From the NCBI GenBank assembly GCA_019057865.1, contig JAHLWP010000004.1, positions 64,001-128,000 of the forward strand: a DNA stretch of 64,000 nucleotides, read 5' to 3'. The translations under genes were made by a program, and so were the position numbers. Shown here one piece after another: positions 30,418 to 40,966 of this stretch (position 1 is the first letter of the stretch; every line of letters begins with the position of its first letter). Origin of the DNA: Promethearchaeota archaeon (GTDB taxonomy: Archaea > Asgardarchaeota > Lokiarchaeia > Sigyniarchaeales > SOKP01). The notes beneath the pieces were generated by a model. The model saw only the letters and a program-made list of their open reading frames with translations. It did not search any database and was not told the origin of the DNA.

Positions 30418-31401
30418 ATGGAGAAAAATAAAAAAATGTCCAATAAACTAATTGTAAAAACTAATAATTTAACAAAATATTATGGTAAAACTCGAGGTAT
30501 TGAAAACCTTAACCTTGAAATATATCAAGGTGAAATATTTGGATTATTAGGACCCAATGGTGCTGGAAAGACTACAACAATTCGATTACTTCTCGATTTA
30601 ATCCGACGTACCTCTGGTGAGGCAGAGGTTTTCGGTTTGGATACAAACTTGCATTCTGTAGCAATTCGCCAACGTCTAGCTTATTTGCCTGGGGATTTAG
30701 GATTATATCAAGATAGGACAGGACTTCAGAATCTTGAATTTCTGCTAGGGCAGTATAAAAACCATATTCCTAAACGTAGAATTAAGGATTTAGCTGACCG
30801 TTTAAATCTTGATCTAGATAAAAAAGTTAAAGAGCTTAGTAAAGGTAATAAACAAAAAGTAGGTATTATTCTTGTTCTTGCGCCCGAAGTAGAGTTACTT
30901 ATCCTTGATGAGCCAACTTCTGGACTTGACCCACTTATAACAAATGATTTCTATAAAATGCTCCATGATCAACAAATAGAGATAGGTTCAACTGTCCTAC
31001 TGAGTTCCCATTTACTTCAAGAAGTTGAAAAAGTAGCTCATCGCGTAGGTGTTATCAGAGAAGGTTCACTTGTTGAAGTAGCTACTATTCAACAATTAAA
31101 ACGTATGGCACTAAAGAAAGTTAAAATAGAATTTGCAACTATTGAAGAACTTCAAAAATATTCAACTAAAATCCCTAGAGAACTGACAGAAAGTGTGATC
31201 TTAGATGAAACTCATATATCATTTACTATATCGCGAGATAATTTACCTAAAGCTCTAGGAATCTTGTCCCAAATGCCGATTGTTGATTTAGATATTGAAA
31301 GTCCTGATCTTGAAGATATTTTTATAAAATATTATCAAACATCTTCAGATGAAAAGGAATTAATTGATAAATCAAAAAAAGAAGCTATGGAGGTGGAATA
31401 A
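30418..31401 (+). CDS. ABC transporter ATP-binding protein (ABC-2 exporter type)
   Basis: GPNGAGKTT, LSKGNKQK, LILDEPTSGLDP, SSH. Confidence 0.95.
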   Translation: MEKNKKMSNKLIVKTNNLTKYYGKTRGIENLNLEIYQGEIFGLLGPNGAGKTTTIRLLLDLIRRTSGEAEVFGLDTNLHSVAIRQRLAYLPGDLGLYQDRTGLQNLEFLLGQYKNHIPKRRIKDLADRLNLDLDKKVKELSKGNKQKVGIILVLAPEVELLILDEPTSGLDPLITNDFYKMLHDQQIEIGSTVLLSSHLLQEVEKVAHRVGVIREGSLVEVATIQQLKRMALKKVKIEFATIEELQKYSTKIPRELTESVILDETHISFTISRDNLPKALGILSQMPIVDLDIESPDLEDIFIKYYQTSSDEKELIDKSKKEAMEVE

Positions 31402-32223
31402 ATGAAACGTTTTATTAGATCAGTTAAAGTATCCCTATTAGAAAAAAAATATATATTAATAATCCTTGGTGGAGTTATTGGATTACTTAGTTGCTTCATC
31501 ATATATATGATAGAGGATATGGATCTTTCAGCAATAGAAGATATTATTGGATTGTGGCCAGAAGGGATGTTAGAATTTTTTGGAGATGTCGAAATATTTA
31601 CAAATCCATATGGATTTTGGGGTTTAGAATTACTATCCTTTATGTGGTTATATGGAGGGATCTATATTATAAATATGGCCAGTGGTCTTTTATCGCGAGA
31701 GGTAGAAGAGAAAACCATAGATCTTTCCCTTTCCAAACCAGTCACTCGAGATCAATTTTTAGGTAGTAAAATAGCATTCCTTTACATATTCATTATGGCT
31801 ACAATGGGTATCTTTTTCCTTATTACAATGGGCAGCATGGCATCTTCCTCGGTATTCCAAGATGAAGGACTTTACTTTGATCGATTATGGTTGACTTATA
31901 TAATCGTTGTACTCTATCTTGGGGCGTTAGCAATGTTTGCCATGTTTTTTTCAACTATTTTCCTTAACTCTAGAAAATCCATGGCATTAGGGGTGATGGT
32001 ATTATTTCTAATGTTCTTCCTGGGTGAGTTCTACATATATATGGACGAAGCAGTGCAAGGTATAAAATATATTTCAGTGTTCTACTACTTTAATCCTTCT
32101 GATTATTTAGTGCACGAAGATTTCGGACTTTTCGTACGTGATTTAATTATTTTATATTTCATCAATGCTACCCTAATTTTTGCTAGCCTTGTTGTTTTCG
32201 ATAAAAAAGATATTCCAATATAA
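31402..32223 (+). CDS. ABC-2 type permease
   Basis: Six TM segments, EVEEKTIDLSLSKPVTR...K motif, abuts the ATPase gene. Confidence 0.9.
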   Translation: MKRFIRSVKVSLLEKKYILIILGGVIGLLSCFIIYMIEDMDLSAIEDIIGLWPEGMLEFFGDVEIFTNPYGFWGLELLSFMWLYGGIYIINMASGLLSREVEEKTIDLSLSKPVTRDQFLGSKIAFLYIFIMATMGIFFLITMGSMASSSVFQDEGLYFDRLWLTYIIVVLYLGALAMFAMFFSTIFLNSRKSMALGVMVLFLMFFLGEFYIYMDEAVQGIKYISVFYYFNPSDYLVHEDFGLFVRDLIILYFINATLIFASLVVFDKKDIPI

Positions 32224-32570
32224 ATTTTTTTTTCCTTTTTTCGATAATTAGGATAATTGTTGATAGTAAACAATTTTTTAAGAAGAAATTTATACCCCTC
32301 TGTATTAAAAAGCTCATTTATGATACTAAAGGAAAAATTATTTGCAACATTTGTGAAATCGAGTACATTTTTGATTCAAAAACTGTTTCTATTAGTTTTG
32401 TTAATTTCTATAGGAACCATAAACAAAAAAGAGCTTCTCAATAAATCTTTAAGATATTATATTACTTTACTATTAAAACCCATAACAAATTTTATAAGCT
32501 AGGTTATCTTTATTATTAAAATTCAAAAATTTAACATTAAATAAATTAAATTTTTTTAACCTTAAGATCG

Positions 32571-34055
32571 GTGATCTTAGAGATGACAGATAAATATAGA
32601 AAAAAGGTCCATTATAAAGATCTTATTGCAACGTTTGATGATGTTTTAATATTACCAGGCTTTACTAATTTTAATCCTGATGAGGTAGATGTATCTTCGA
32701 GTATAGGAAAATATTATTTTCATCTCCCTATTATGTCAGCTGCGATGGATACAGTAACAGAAGAGGAAATGGCAATAAAGATGGCTTTGAATGGTGGATT
32801 GGGTGTATTACATCGAAATTGTTCTTATGAAAGGCAATTAGAGATGTGTCGCATAGTAAAAAGAGCACGCTCTTTTGTTATTGATGATGTTGCTACTATT
32901 AGTCCTAATGCACCATTAACAAAAGCAAAATTTATGATGGATAACTATAATATAAGTGGCATTGTTGTAGTCAATGATAAAGAAGATAAGAAAGTTTGTG
33001 GTATTTTCACTAAGAGAGACATTCCCTTCTTAGAAAAAGATATGAAAAATGGTGTTATAAAAGATTATATGACGAAAGATGTTATTTCAATTAAGCCTGG
33101 AGCCTCAAGAGAAGAAGCATTAAAGATTTTATATGAATCGAGAAAAGAAAAACTACCTATTATTGATGATAAAGGTTATTTAAAAGGCTTAATTACAAAA
33201 AAAGATTTAGCTCCTGAATTTCCATTAGCATCAAAAGATGAAGAGGGTCATTTATTATGTGCTTTAGCATTATCTCCCAAATTTCCAGAATCTAGTCACG
33301 CACAGAACTTATTAAAAGAAATTGAAAAATATGTTGATATGTTCTTCATTGATGTTGCTGATTTTTATAAGAAAACTGATATAGAAGATACTGTAAAATT
33401 AATGAGATTTTTAGAATCTGATTTTATACTAGGAAATATAGGAACTTATCAAGCTGCTGAACATATAATAACAAAATGTGATTTTGTTGAAGATCAATTT
33501 ATTGGCTTGAAAGTTGGTATGGGTTCAGGTTCAATTTGTACAACTTCAATACAAACGGGTGTAGGAGCGCCTACGCTTTTTGCTACAGCACAAGCTGCTG
33601 ACGCTATACACGATTATAATCCCAAATTATCCTTAATCGCTGATGGTGGATTTAAAAATCCTGGGGATATTCCTAAAGCAATAGCTGCTGGAGCAGATTT
33701 AGTTATGTCAGGACATTTCTTTGCTGGTTGTACTGAAAGTCCAGGATTATTAGATACAATACAAGGCCGTAAAGTCAAAGTTTATAGGGGGATGGGTAGC
33801 ACAGAAGCACGAACTTCTGGATATGTTTCAGATAGATATGGAAAAGGATCAAAAATGTTAACCGAAGGAGTTAGTGATTATGTCCCATATACTGGTGATT
33901 TATTGGGTGTTTTATCAACATTAAAAGAAGGATTAATTAATGGTATGATATATGCAGGTGCTGGAAGTATAAAAAAGATGAGAAATGCTGAACTTGGAAT
34001 TGTTACTCCTATAGGTCAAAGAGAACAAAAACCACACGATCTTCTTGGATATTAG
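32571..34055 (+). CDS. guaB: IMP dehydrogenase with CBS pair
   Basis: TFDDVLILP, SAAMDTVTE, KVGMGSGSICTT, IADGG, YRGMGS, EGV. Confidence 0.95.
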   Translation: MILEMTDKYRKKVHYKDLIATFDDVLILPGFTNFNPDEVDVSSSIGKYYFHLPIMSAAMDTVTEEEMAIKMALNGGLGVLHRNCSYERQLEMCRIVKRARSFVIDDVATISPNAPLTKAKFMMDNYNISGIVVVNDKEDKKVCGIFTKRDIPFLEKDMKNGVIKDYMTKDVISIKPGASREEALKILYESRKEKLPIIDDKGYLKGLITKKDLAPEFPLASKDEEGHLLCALALSPKFPESSHAQNLLKEIEKYVDMFFIDVADFYKKTDIEDTVKLMRFLESDFILGNIGTYQAAEHIITKCDFVEDQFIGLKVGMGSGSICTTSIQTGVGAPTLFATAQAADAIHDYNPKLSLIADGGFKNPGDIPKAIAAGADLVMSGHFFAGCTESPGLLDTIQGRKVKVYRGMGSTEARTSGYVSDRYGKGSKMLTEGVSDYVPYTGDLLGVLSTLKEGLINGMIYAGAGSIKKMRNAELGIVTPIGQREQKPHDLLGY

Positions 34056-34197
34056 GTTATAAATTAAGTTGCTTTATTTGTATAGTAAAATAATTACTTA
34101 TTAAAGATCTATTAAATAATTTTTTAACAACAATAAACTTTTTTTTATCATTGAAATTGCTATTATTTGTAATAAGCAATGAATAAAATGATTTTTT

Positions 34198-35802
34198 ATG
34201 AAAAAAATAGAGAGAGCAATTATAAGTGTTTTTGACAAAAGTGGGATAATTGATTTTGCAAAAGTTTTAGTAAATGAATTTGGGGTTGAGATATTATCAA
34301 CGGGGGGAACTGGAAAGTTATTAGAAGAAAACCAAATTAAATTTAGCAAAATTTCAGAATATACTGAATCACCAGAAATTTTTGATGGAAGACTAAAAAC
34401 ATTACACCCTAAAATCGAGGGTGGAATTCTTTATCGTAGGAAATTAGAGAAGGATCTTTATGATGCCGTTAGATACAATATTAAGCCAATAGATATGGTA
34501 GTTTGCAATTTATACCAATTTAAAGAAGCCATAGAAAAGCCTGGGATTAAACTTGAAGATGCATTAGAGATGATAGATATAGGGGGTCCAACGATGATTA
34601 GAGCGGCTGCTAAAAATTTTCCTGATGTTATAGTAGTTCCAAGTCCTGATTATTATACTAAAATTATTGAAGAATTAAGAGAATATAAAGGTGTTATTAC
34701 AGAACATACTCGTTTAATATTGGCTCAAGATGTTTTTACAATTATGGCAGATTATAATGCTGTTATTGCAAATTATTTGCAAAAATATTATAACCCAGAA
34801 TCTTTATTTCCTAATACAATGATTAAAGTTTATGATAAAATCCAAGAGTGTAGATATGGAGAAAATTGGGATCAAAAAGCAGCTTATTACAAAGATGCTT
34901 CTTCAAAATCTGGTTTACATAACTTAATCCAATTAAGTGGAAAAGAAATTTCATTTAATAATTATCTTGATATTGATGCTTGTATACAAATGCTTCTTGA
35001 TTTCAACACAGAAAATTATATTACTACAATATTAAAACATACATCTCCAAATGGTGTGGCAATAGATAAAAAAAGTCAACTTAAATCCGTTCAGATGGCA
35101 TTTAGATGTGATCCATTATCTGCATTTGGAGGAATTTGGGGAATGAATCAAGAACTTACAGAAAAGGTTGCAGATTTTATTGTAAATAAAGAAAAAATAT
35201 TTATTGAAGTTATAATGGCTCCTTCATTCGAATCAGAGGCTCTAGAAATTTTAAAAGCGAAGGAAAAAATGGTAATATTAGAATTTGGAGATATCCTTAA
35301 TATGAGAGATGAAATATATAAAAATTTAGAAATTCGAGGAGTTTTAGGTGGTGTTTTGATCCAAGAATATGATAGCAAAGAGGTTATTAAAGAATGGAAA
35401 GTAGTTAGCAAAAAACAAGTAAGCGAAAATGAAAGAGAAGCGTTAATCTTTGCATATAAAGTTTCAAAATGGGCTAAATCAAATTCAGCATGTTTCGCTC
35501 AAACTTACACCAACGGAATTTATACAATAGGAATTGGTGCTGGACAGCAAAGTAGAGTTCATGTAGTGAAGCTAGCTATTCAAAAAGCGGTGGAGTTCGG
35601 ACATAAAGCAGCTCTAAAGAATTCTGTTATGGGTACAGATTCCTTTTTTCCATTTCCTGATGGCTTAGAAGTTGCTGTTGATGCTGGAGCAAAAGCAATT
35701 ATTAATCCAGGTGGATCAATTAGAGATGAAGCAGTAATTAAACGGGCAAATGAATTAGGTTGTGCTTTAGTATTTTGTGGTAAAAGAGTATTTCGACATT
35801 AA
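34198..35802 (+). CDS. purH: Bifunctional AICAR transformylase / IMP cyclohydrolase
   Basis: SVFDKSG, STGGT, GRLKTLHP, IDIGGPTMIRAAAKN, RYGEN, DSFFPFPDG, PGGSIRD, FRH. Confidence 0.95.
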   Translation: MKKIERAIISVFDKSGIIDFAKVLVNEFGVEILSTGGTGKLLEENQIKFSKISEYTESPEIFDGRLKTLHPKIEGGILYRRKLEKDLYDAVRYNIKPIDMVVCNLYQFKEAIEKPGIKLEDALEMIDIGGPTMIRAAAKNFPDVIVVPSPDYYTKIIEELREYKGVITEHTRLILAQDVFTIMADYNAVIANYLQKYYNPESLFPNTMIKVYDKIQECRYGENWDQKAAYYKDASSKSGLHNLIQLSGKEISFNNYLDIDACIQMLLDFNTENYITTILKHTSPNGVAIDKKSQLKSVQMAFRCDPLSAFGGIWGMNQELTEKVADFIVNKEKIFIEVIMAPSFESEALEILKAKEKMVILEFGDILNMRDEIYKNLEIRGVLGGVLIQEYDSKEVIKEWKVVSKKQVSENEREALIFAYKVSKWAKSNSACFAQTYTNGIYTIGIGAGQQSRVHVVKLAIQKAVEFGHKAALKNSVMGTDSFFPFPDGLEVAVDAGAKAIINPGGSIRDEAVIKRANELGCALVFCGKRVFRH

Positions 35803-35987
35803 TTTTTATATAAAAAAATGGAATTTAAATTATTATTAATATGTTTAAAATTTAAGGTTTTGATAGGTTATTTCTTTTAAGCAAATTCATCTTACAAGAA
35901 AAAAAAATTTATAAAGTTCTAAATATAATTTTATAATACTCAAAAAATCATTTAATCTTTTAAATATTAATATTTTAAATGAGGAGA

Positions 35988-36082
35988 GTATTTGTAGAAT
36001 ATAGTATATAGTTGTAGTATATAGTATTTGTAGTATATATATTTAAAGTTAAATCGTAAATAATTTAAATCGTAAATAATTT
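35988..36082. repeat. Repeat-rich promoter region: degenerate TTGTAGTATATAGTAT units, then a perfect 16-bp tandem pair
   Basis: TTAAATCGTAAATAAT at 36049-36064 and 36065-36080; TGTAG(A/T)ATAT three times upstream. Confidence 0.75.
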
Positions 36083-36108
36083 CTTTAGTAGAGGGATCCT
36101 TTTAAAAC

Positions 36109-36396
36109 ATGGATTTTTTCTTAAAAAACTTGAAGGAAACAATTGATGCTATAAATAAATTAATAGAAAATAACGTAAATATTGTAAACACTAAAAAAAT
36201 AAGAAGATGTTATAACATTAAATCTTCAAATCGTTCAAAGATTAATTTTATTTGGAGATCATTGAATTACCTTGAAAAACAAGGAATTTTAGCAATTAAT
36301 GGTGCCACAAACCCAAAAACTTATAAAATCACTGCAAATGAAAAAATTAATGTTGAAAAGTTCCTTTCCCAGATTGATAAGAATGAAAAAATATAA
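36109..36396 (+). CDS. Small winged-helix-like protein
   Basis: IWRSLNYLEKQGIL...PKTYKI wing pattern; GAGG upstream. Confidence 0.65.
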   Translation: MDFFLKNLKETIDAINKLIENNVNIVNTKKIRRCYNIKSSNRSKINFIWRSLNYLEKQGILAINGATNPKTYKITANEKINVEKFLSQIDKNEKI

Positions 36397-36420
36397 AGTT
36401 CCTTCGAATTTTAAAACTCT

Positions 36421-39159
36421 TTAGATTAATTTCAAATTTTCGAGCAAATCATAATACTTTTTCTTGGATTCTTTATCTTCTGGGTTTTTTATAAGTCTTT
36501 TTTGATAAAAGATTATATTTGGATATTTAATTTCTAAGTCATTGAACAATTTAATCCAGCCATAAAAGACTTTCATATGTTCGTAAACTTCAATATCTTC
36601 TTCGAAAGATTTAATTTCTTTTTTTTCTTTAACATCTTTTGGTAAACTCTTATATTTTTTAATGCTGAATCCTTGATCTCGTAGTAATTTTATATTCACC
36701 CTGCGGATAAACGATTCTAACCCATCTCTCCAAAAAATATATTTTTCATTGAGTCGATCAATAGATTCTTCTACTGCTTTAATCTCCTTTGGATAGATCG
36801 TTTCATCCTTTTTAATTAGAATCTTCTTTATTTTTAGAAATTCTAAATCGAATTTTTGAATATATGAATCCACCATCTTTGAAAATTCCTGCAAATTTGT
36901 GTTGTAGTCATTAGCAAATAATACTTCATCACTTGAAAATGTTAACGAATTTTCATCAAAATGTCCCCTCAATTTGCGTCTTTTAACTAAATCATCAAAG
37001 ATAATCCTTAAAAATTTGATCTCTTCTTCAGATAATTTCTTACCATAAAAAAGATCGTGAAAAGAGAAAAGAAAATTATTTTCTAGCATTAAATTCCGAA
37101 TACCCCTTTCTGTGTAAAAAAGTATCTCATCTTCATTATTATAAAAAATTCCTTTTAATTTTCCATCTTTAAGTAAATCTTTAATTAATTCATCTATTAA
37201 ATTTGATGTTATTTCAAAAGTTCCTAAAGAAAGATGATCAACGGATCTCGATTTATCGATTAAAGTATATTTGATATCATTTTTAGCAGCCTTAATTTTT
37301 AATGGACTAAAAATTATAGTATCTCCTTTCTTTAAATAAGTTAACCCTAAATCATTTAAAAATTCGATAAATTTATCATCTTCCATTCCTGTCTTGTCAA
37401 GATATTCACTTATTTTTATTTGTTTTTTATATTTGATCTCTTCTCCAATTAAACGAAGATTTTCGTCAATCTTTGTTAATATATGATTTTCTTCTATGTT
37501 CAATTCATTTGCCAATTCAATAATTTGCTCTTTTTTTTCTTCATCTTCAGGGACTAAACTAATTTCGTCAATCCGCTCTTTTAAATACTTTGAATAATAA
37601 AAAATCTCTTTACTTTTATCCCAAATCCCACTTCTCAAATCAACATTATAATCTAAGATATCCATTAGTAATGTTTTTTTAATCAAAAATTTGTCTGATA
37701 CCTTATTTATATTAAAAAATCCAACTAACTTTGAATTTTCAATTTCCGTTTTTATTTTTAACAAGCCTAAGTTAGTTAACCACTGGGTTCCTTTATGAAA
37801 GATAGATAAGTATTCTTTTGGTAAATTTTGAATTAATTTGATAAATTCTCTATCTAATAATCTCTCTCGATATGATTTTAAATCAATAACAATATTTTTA
37901 GCCGCTTCTGAATTAATTTGTTCTTTTATTTTTTTTAATGAGTAATAGGCATTTTTACTTTTTCCTAGTAACAGTTGCTTTTTTAAGGATTTAGCTATGG
38001 CTTGAATAAGATCGTGCAAAAATTTAGGTGGAAGATAATTATAATTTTTTAAATTTACCATTCCATTTATTCGAAAATTGTTTATTAATTGCGATTTCAA
38101 ATAATTATAAGGATAAAAATTCCCTAGATTTGAATAAAACCCATTTATTACTTTCAAGTTAAGCAGTGTTTTTATGAAAATTTTTAATTCTGAATCACTT
38201 TCAATTATTTGAGAAAAATTGTTAAATATCTTTTCATGAGATATTTTTTTATCTTCTTTGAAAAAATTAAGAAGTTTTTGCTTTTCAATCTCATAAATAT
38301 AAATTACATCATCCTTTGATTTGACATAGAAATAAAATTTTTCATCTTTAAGTGAAGATTTTTTAAAAATATTCATATAATCTCTTAAAGTTATTTCATT
38401 GTCCTTAGATATTGCTGTAAAGTTAATCTTTTTCATTAGAAATTGATTATCTAATAATTTAATTAACTCACTAAGTTTTTGATTTTCTAAATCGTATTCT
38501 TCCAGAAATGGATAGAATTTTTTAATAAGATTTGGCAACTCAACAAAGATTTCAGAGTTTTTTTCATGAAAATGTGATTTTATCAATGATTTTGAAGCTT
38601 TTCTAAACTTATAGAGCTGATCAAAATTTAATTCAATGCAATAACTAAGTAATTGCAATAAAGAGATAATATTATCATTGCTTTTTTCAACCATAAGGCT
38701 CTCTATAAATAAGTCTTTATTTGAAATGACTATTTCTTTGTCTTTTTTAACCAATTGTAATAAAAAATAATGAATATTATCTCTAACATCCTTAGATTCA
38801 TCCAATAAAAATTGAATAAATTCAAGAGAGTATTTATTATAGTATTTACTCTTAGCCATAATAGCAAATCCAATTAAAATAATTGAATTTATTTTGAGTT
38901 TACTATTATCAGAGTGGAGAAAACTTCCAACTTGTTCAATTAAACTTTCAGAAATTAATTCAAAGTTTTTCTCTGCTAAAATACTTAAGATATAAGTTAT
39001 AGGTATAGCGAGCGACTCTTGATTGATTAATAAGTCTTCTAATTCATTAATTATTTTTGATACTTTTGTAATCTTATTCTTCTCTAGATATTTATTTAGT
39101 CTATCAACAATGAAAATGAGATTATTGTTTTCAAATTCTTCCAGATTGAACATATACAA
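36421..39159 (-). CDS. HEAT/ARM N-terminus plus tandem winged-helix (PCI/UFL1-like) repeats
   Basis: HEAT-like LLDESKDVRDN; repeated units such as LLNLKVINGFY, LLKDGKLKGIFY, LVKRRKLRGHFD followed by FY/YT motifs. Confidence 0.6.
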   Translation of the reverse strand: MYMFNLEEFENNNLIFIVDRLNKYLEKNKITKVSKIINELEDLLINQESLAIPITYILSILAEKNFELISESLIEQVGSFLHSDNSKLKINSIILIGFAIMAKSKYYNKYSLEFIQFLLDESKDVRDNIHYFLLQLVKKDKEIVISNKDLFIESLMVEKSNDNIISLLQLLSYCIELNFDQLYKFRKASKSLIKSHFHEKNSEIFVELPNLIKKFYPFLEEYDLENQKLSELIKLLDNQFLMKKINFTAISKDNEITLRDYMNIFKKSSLKDEKFYFYVKSKDDVIYIYEIEKQKLLNFFKEDKKISHEKIFNNFSQIIESDSELKIFIKTLLNLKVINGFYSNLGNFYPYNYLKSQLINNFRINGMVNLKNYNYLPPKFLHDLIQAIAKSLKKQLLLGKSKNAYYSLKKIKEQINSEAAKNIVIDLKSYRERLLDREFIKLIQNLPKEYLSIFHKGTQWLTNLGLLKIKTEIENSKLVGFFNINKVSDKFLIKKTLLMDILDYNVDLRSGIWDKSKEIFYYSKYLKERIDEISLVPEDEEKKEQIIELANELNIEENHILTKIDENLRLIGEEIKYKKQIKISEYLDKTGMEDDKFIEFLNDLGLTYLKKGDTIIFSPLKIKAAKNDIKYTLIDKSRSVDHLSLGTFEITSNLIDELIKDLLKDGKLKGIFYNNEDEILFYTERGIRNLMLENNFLFSFHDLFYGKKLSEEEIKFLRIIFDDLVKRRKLRGHFDENSLTFSSDEVLFANDYNTNLQEFSKMVDSYIQKFDLEFLKIKKILIKKDETIYPKEIKAVEESIDRLNEKYIFWRDGLESFIRRVNIKLLRDQGFSIKKYKSLPKDVKEKKEIKSFEEDIEVYEHMKVFYGWIKLFNDLEIKYPNIIFYQKRLIKNPEDKESKKKYYDLLENLKLI

Positions 39160-39172
39160 AAATCTTAAATGT

Positions 39173-39901
39173 TTACTGAATTAAGTATTTTTTGAATGGT
39201 TGGATTTCTAAAAGATTCTTAATATCTTGAAGAATAATCATTGGATTGGATTTCTCTAAGTCATGTTTATTACCATGACCAGTTAGTAAAGCAATACTAT
39301 TTACTCCTGAATTTTTAGCACATTCAATATCAGGAGGTAAATCTCCAATATAAAATACATTTTCTTTATTTATTGAAGAAATTTTTACTTCTTTTTTAAT
39401 TTTCTTCAAAGCTGCAATTATTGGATATGCATTTGGTTTTCTATAAGGAGTATCATCTCGAGAAATGAAAACAGAAAAGAATTTATCTAAATTAAGTCTC
39501 CTTCTAAAATCATTTAACCTTTCTCCACTTGTATTTGATACAATTCCCAGAAGTAAACCTCCTTTTTTAAGTCTAATTAAAACTTTTTCTAAATTTTGTG
39601 TTAAAGTTTCATATTTCTCATATTTAGGATAGGATCGTCTAAACCTAATAAAAAATAAAATTCTTCTCCATCTACTAGGGATATAAGGCTTATATACTCT
39701 GTATGCCTTAAATAATGCTTTAATTCTATTTTTTGAATCGGCTTCTTCAAAAAGACGAGCTAAATCAATAAGCCTTAAATTTTTTGTATTTTGCCATTTA
39801 TAAAATTTTTTTCTTAAATACTTTAAAGCGGTATATTCGAGAGCTTTTTGAGTTATGATTACGCCATCAAAATCAAACAGAAGAATTGGAGGGTGAGACA
39901 T
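39173..39901 (-). CDS. HAD-superfamily hydrolase (phosphoglycolate phosphatase-like); start probably MSHPP
   Basis: FDFDGVI, GIVSN, KP, YIGDLPPD. Confidence 0.88.
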   Translation of the reverse strand: MSHPPILLFDFDGVIITQKALEYTALKYLRKKFYKWQNTKNLRLIDLARLFEEADSKNRIKALFKAYRVYKPYIPSRWRRILFFIRFRRSYPKYEKYETLTQNLEKVLIRLKKGGLLLGIVSNTSGERLNDFRRRLNLDKFFSVFISRDDTPYRKPNAYPIIAALKKIKKEVKISSINKENVFYIGDLPPDIECAKNSGVNSIALLTGHGNKHDLEKSNPMIILQDIKNLLEIQPFKKYLIQ

Positions 39902-40080
39902 AATGTGTATTTTAAAAGTGAGATTTAACACTTAAATTTAATCATTATTATCATATAATAATAAAATTCATTTCTATTTGATAAGAAGAATCATAAAAAA
40001 AATAAGAAAAATATAAAAGAAATAAAAAAATAAATTTAATTTAATTATTGCGACACCCAGAGATTTCTTGGTATGATAAA

Positions 40081-40749
40081 TCACGAATCTACTTCGTCGG
40101 GTTCAACACTAACATGAGATAACAGCCAATCGATGTGTTCTTCTTTTTTGTTGATATTAAGAACTGTTGGTAAATGAATAACCTCATCTGCTCTTCCTGG
40201 TAATAAAGTTAATGAACCTGCTCTCAGTAAAAAGTATTCAAAAACATCAGGAATTTCTTTTTTTAGACGTAGGCTTTTTACGGGATATCTTTCAGCAGAG
40301 CTAAAAATACCAGATTTGTGGTATATTTCATTCCGTTCTAATTTCCAATAATCGAATCTAGAGCTAAGAATAACGAATCCTAAAATAATTGCAAGGATTA
40401 TTGTGGTAGTAAGATAGAATCCTTCAGTTAATCCTAGATTGAAGTCTCCAAAACTTATATCTACAGCAATATTCGGTAAGACAAAAAATGCCAATACTAA
40501 AAGTACAATAACTATTGCCAGAACCATAACAAAGAATTTAGTCGAAGAAAAGTCAAAAGCGGTTATGAACAGATTTGTGAAAAATACAATCATCCATACT
40601 GTCCCTAACCAACCAATAGGTTTGTCACCAAAGAGCTGAATTAACCACCAAAAAAAAGAAACTAGAAGTAATGGCCAAAAGAATATGATTTTAGGATAAG
40701 ATCTTAGATAGATCTCACTTGGGTGTTTAGGTTTTTTTTTTTCAGACAT
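40081..40749 (-). CDS. 4-TM membrane protein with probable bacterial-PH-like C-terminal domain
   Basis: TM segments then RFDYWKLERNEIYHKSGIFS...IPDVFEY...AGSL. Confidence 0.7.
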   Translation of the reverse strand: MSEKKKPKHPSEIYLRSYPKIIFFWPLLLVSFFWWLIQLFGDKPIGWLGTVWMIVFFTNLFITAFDFSSTKFFVMVLAIVIVLLVLAFFVLPNIAVDISFGDFNLGLTEGFYLTTTIILAIILGFVILSSRFDYWKLERNEIYHKSGIFSSAERYPVKSLRLKKEIPDVFEYFLLRAGSLTLLPGRADEVIHLPTVLNINKKEEHIDWLLSHVSVEPDEVDS

Positions 40750-40966
40750 AAATTTTCACTATTTTTTTAAAAGTTTTTAATTTAAATAATAGGATTATTA
40801 AAATAAAAGATAGATGTGTTATTTAAATATTTTTATCATTTTGATTGACTTAAAAATAGTATTGATATCTTAATTACTAAGCTATTTAATCTATAAGTAT
40901 AAAAAAAAGCATGGATAGTACATATAGTTTGACTTATAAATAGCTGGATTAGTTATTATAGAAGTC

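Noticed and set aside
32257-32502. 81-aa plus-strand ORF, or a degraded gene on the opposite strand
   Set aside because: No recognisable motif; the minus-strand frame has stops; cannot support either call
35988-36082. Possible mini-CRISPR or origin repeats
   Set aside because: Repeats are short, adjacent and lack spacers; no cas or orc1/cdc6 gene nearby
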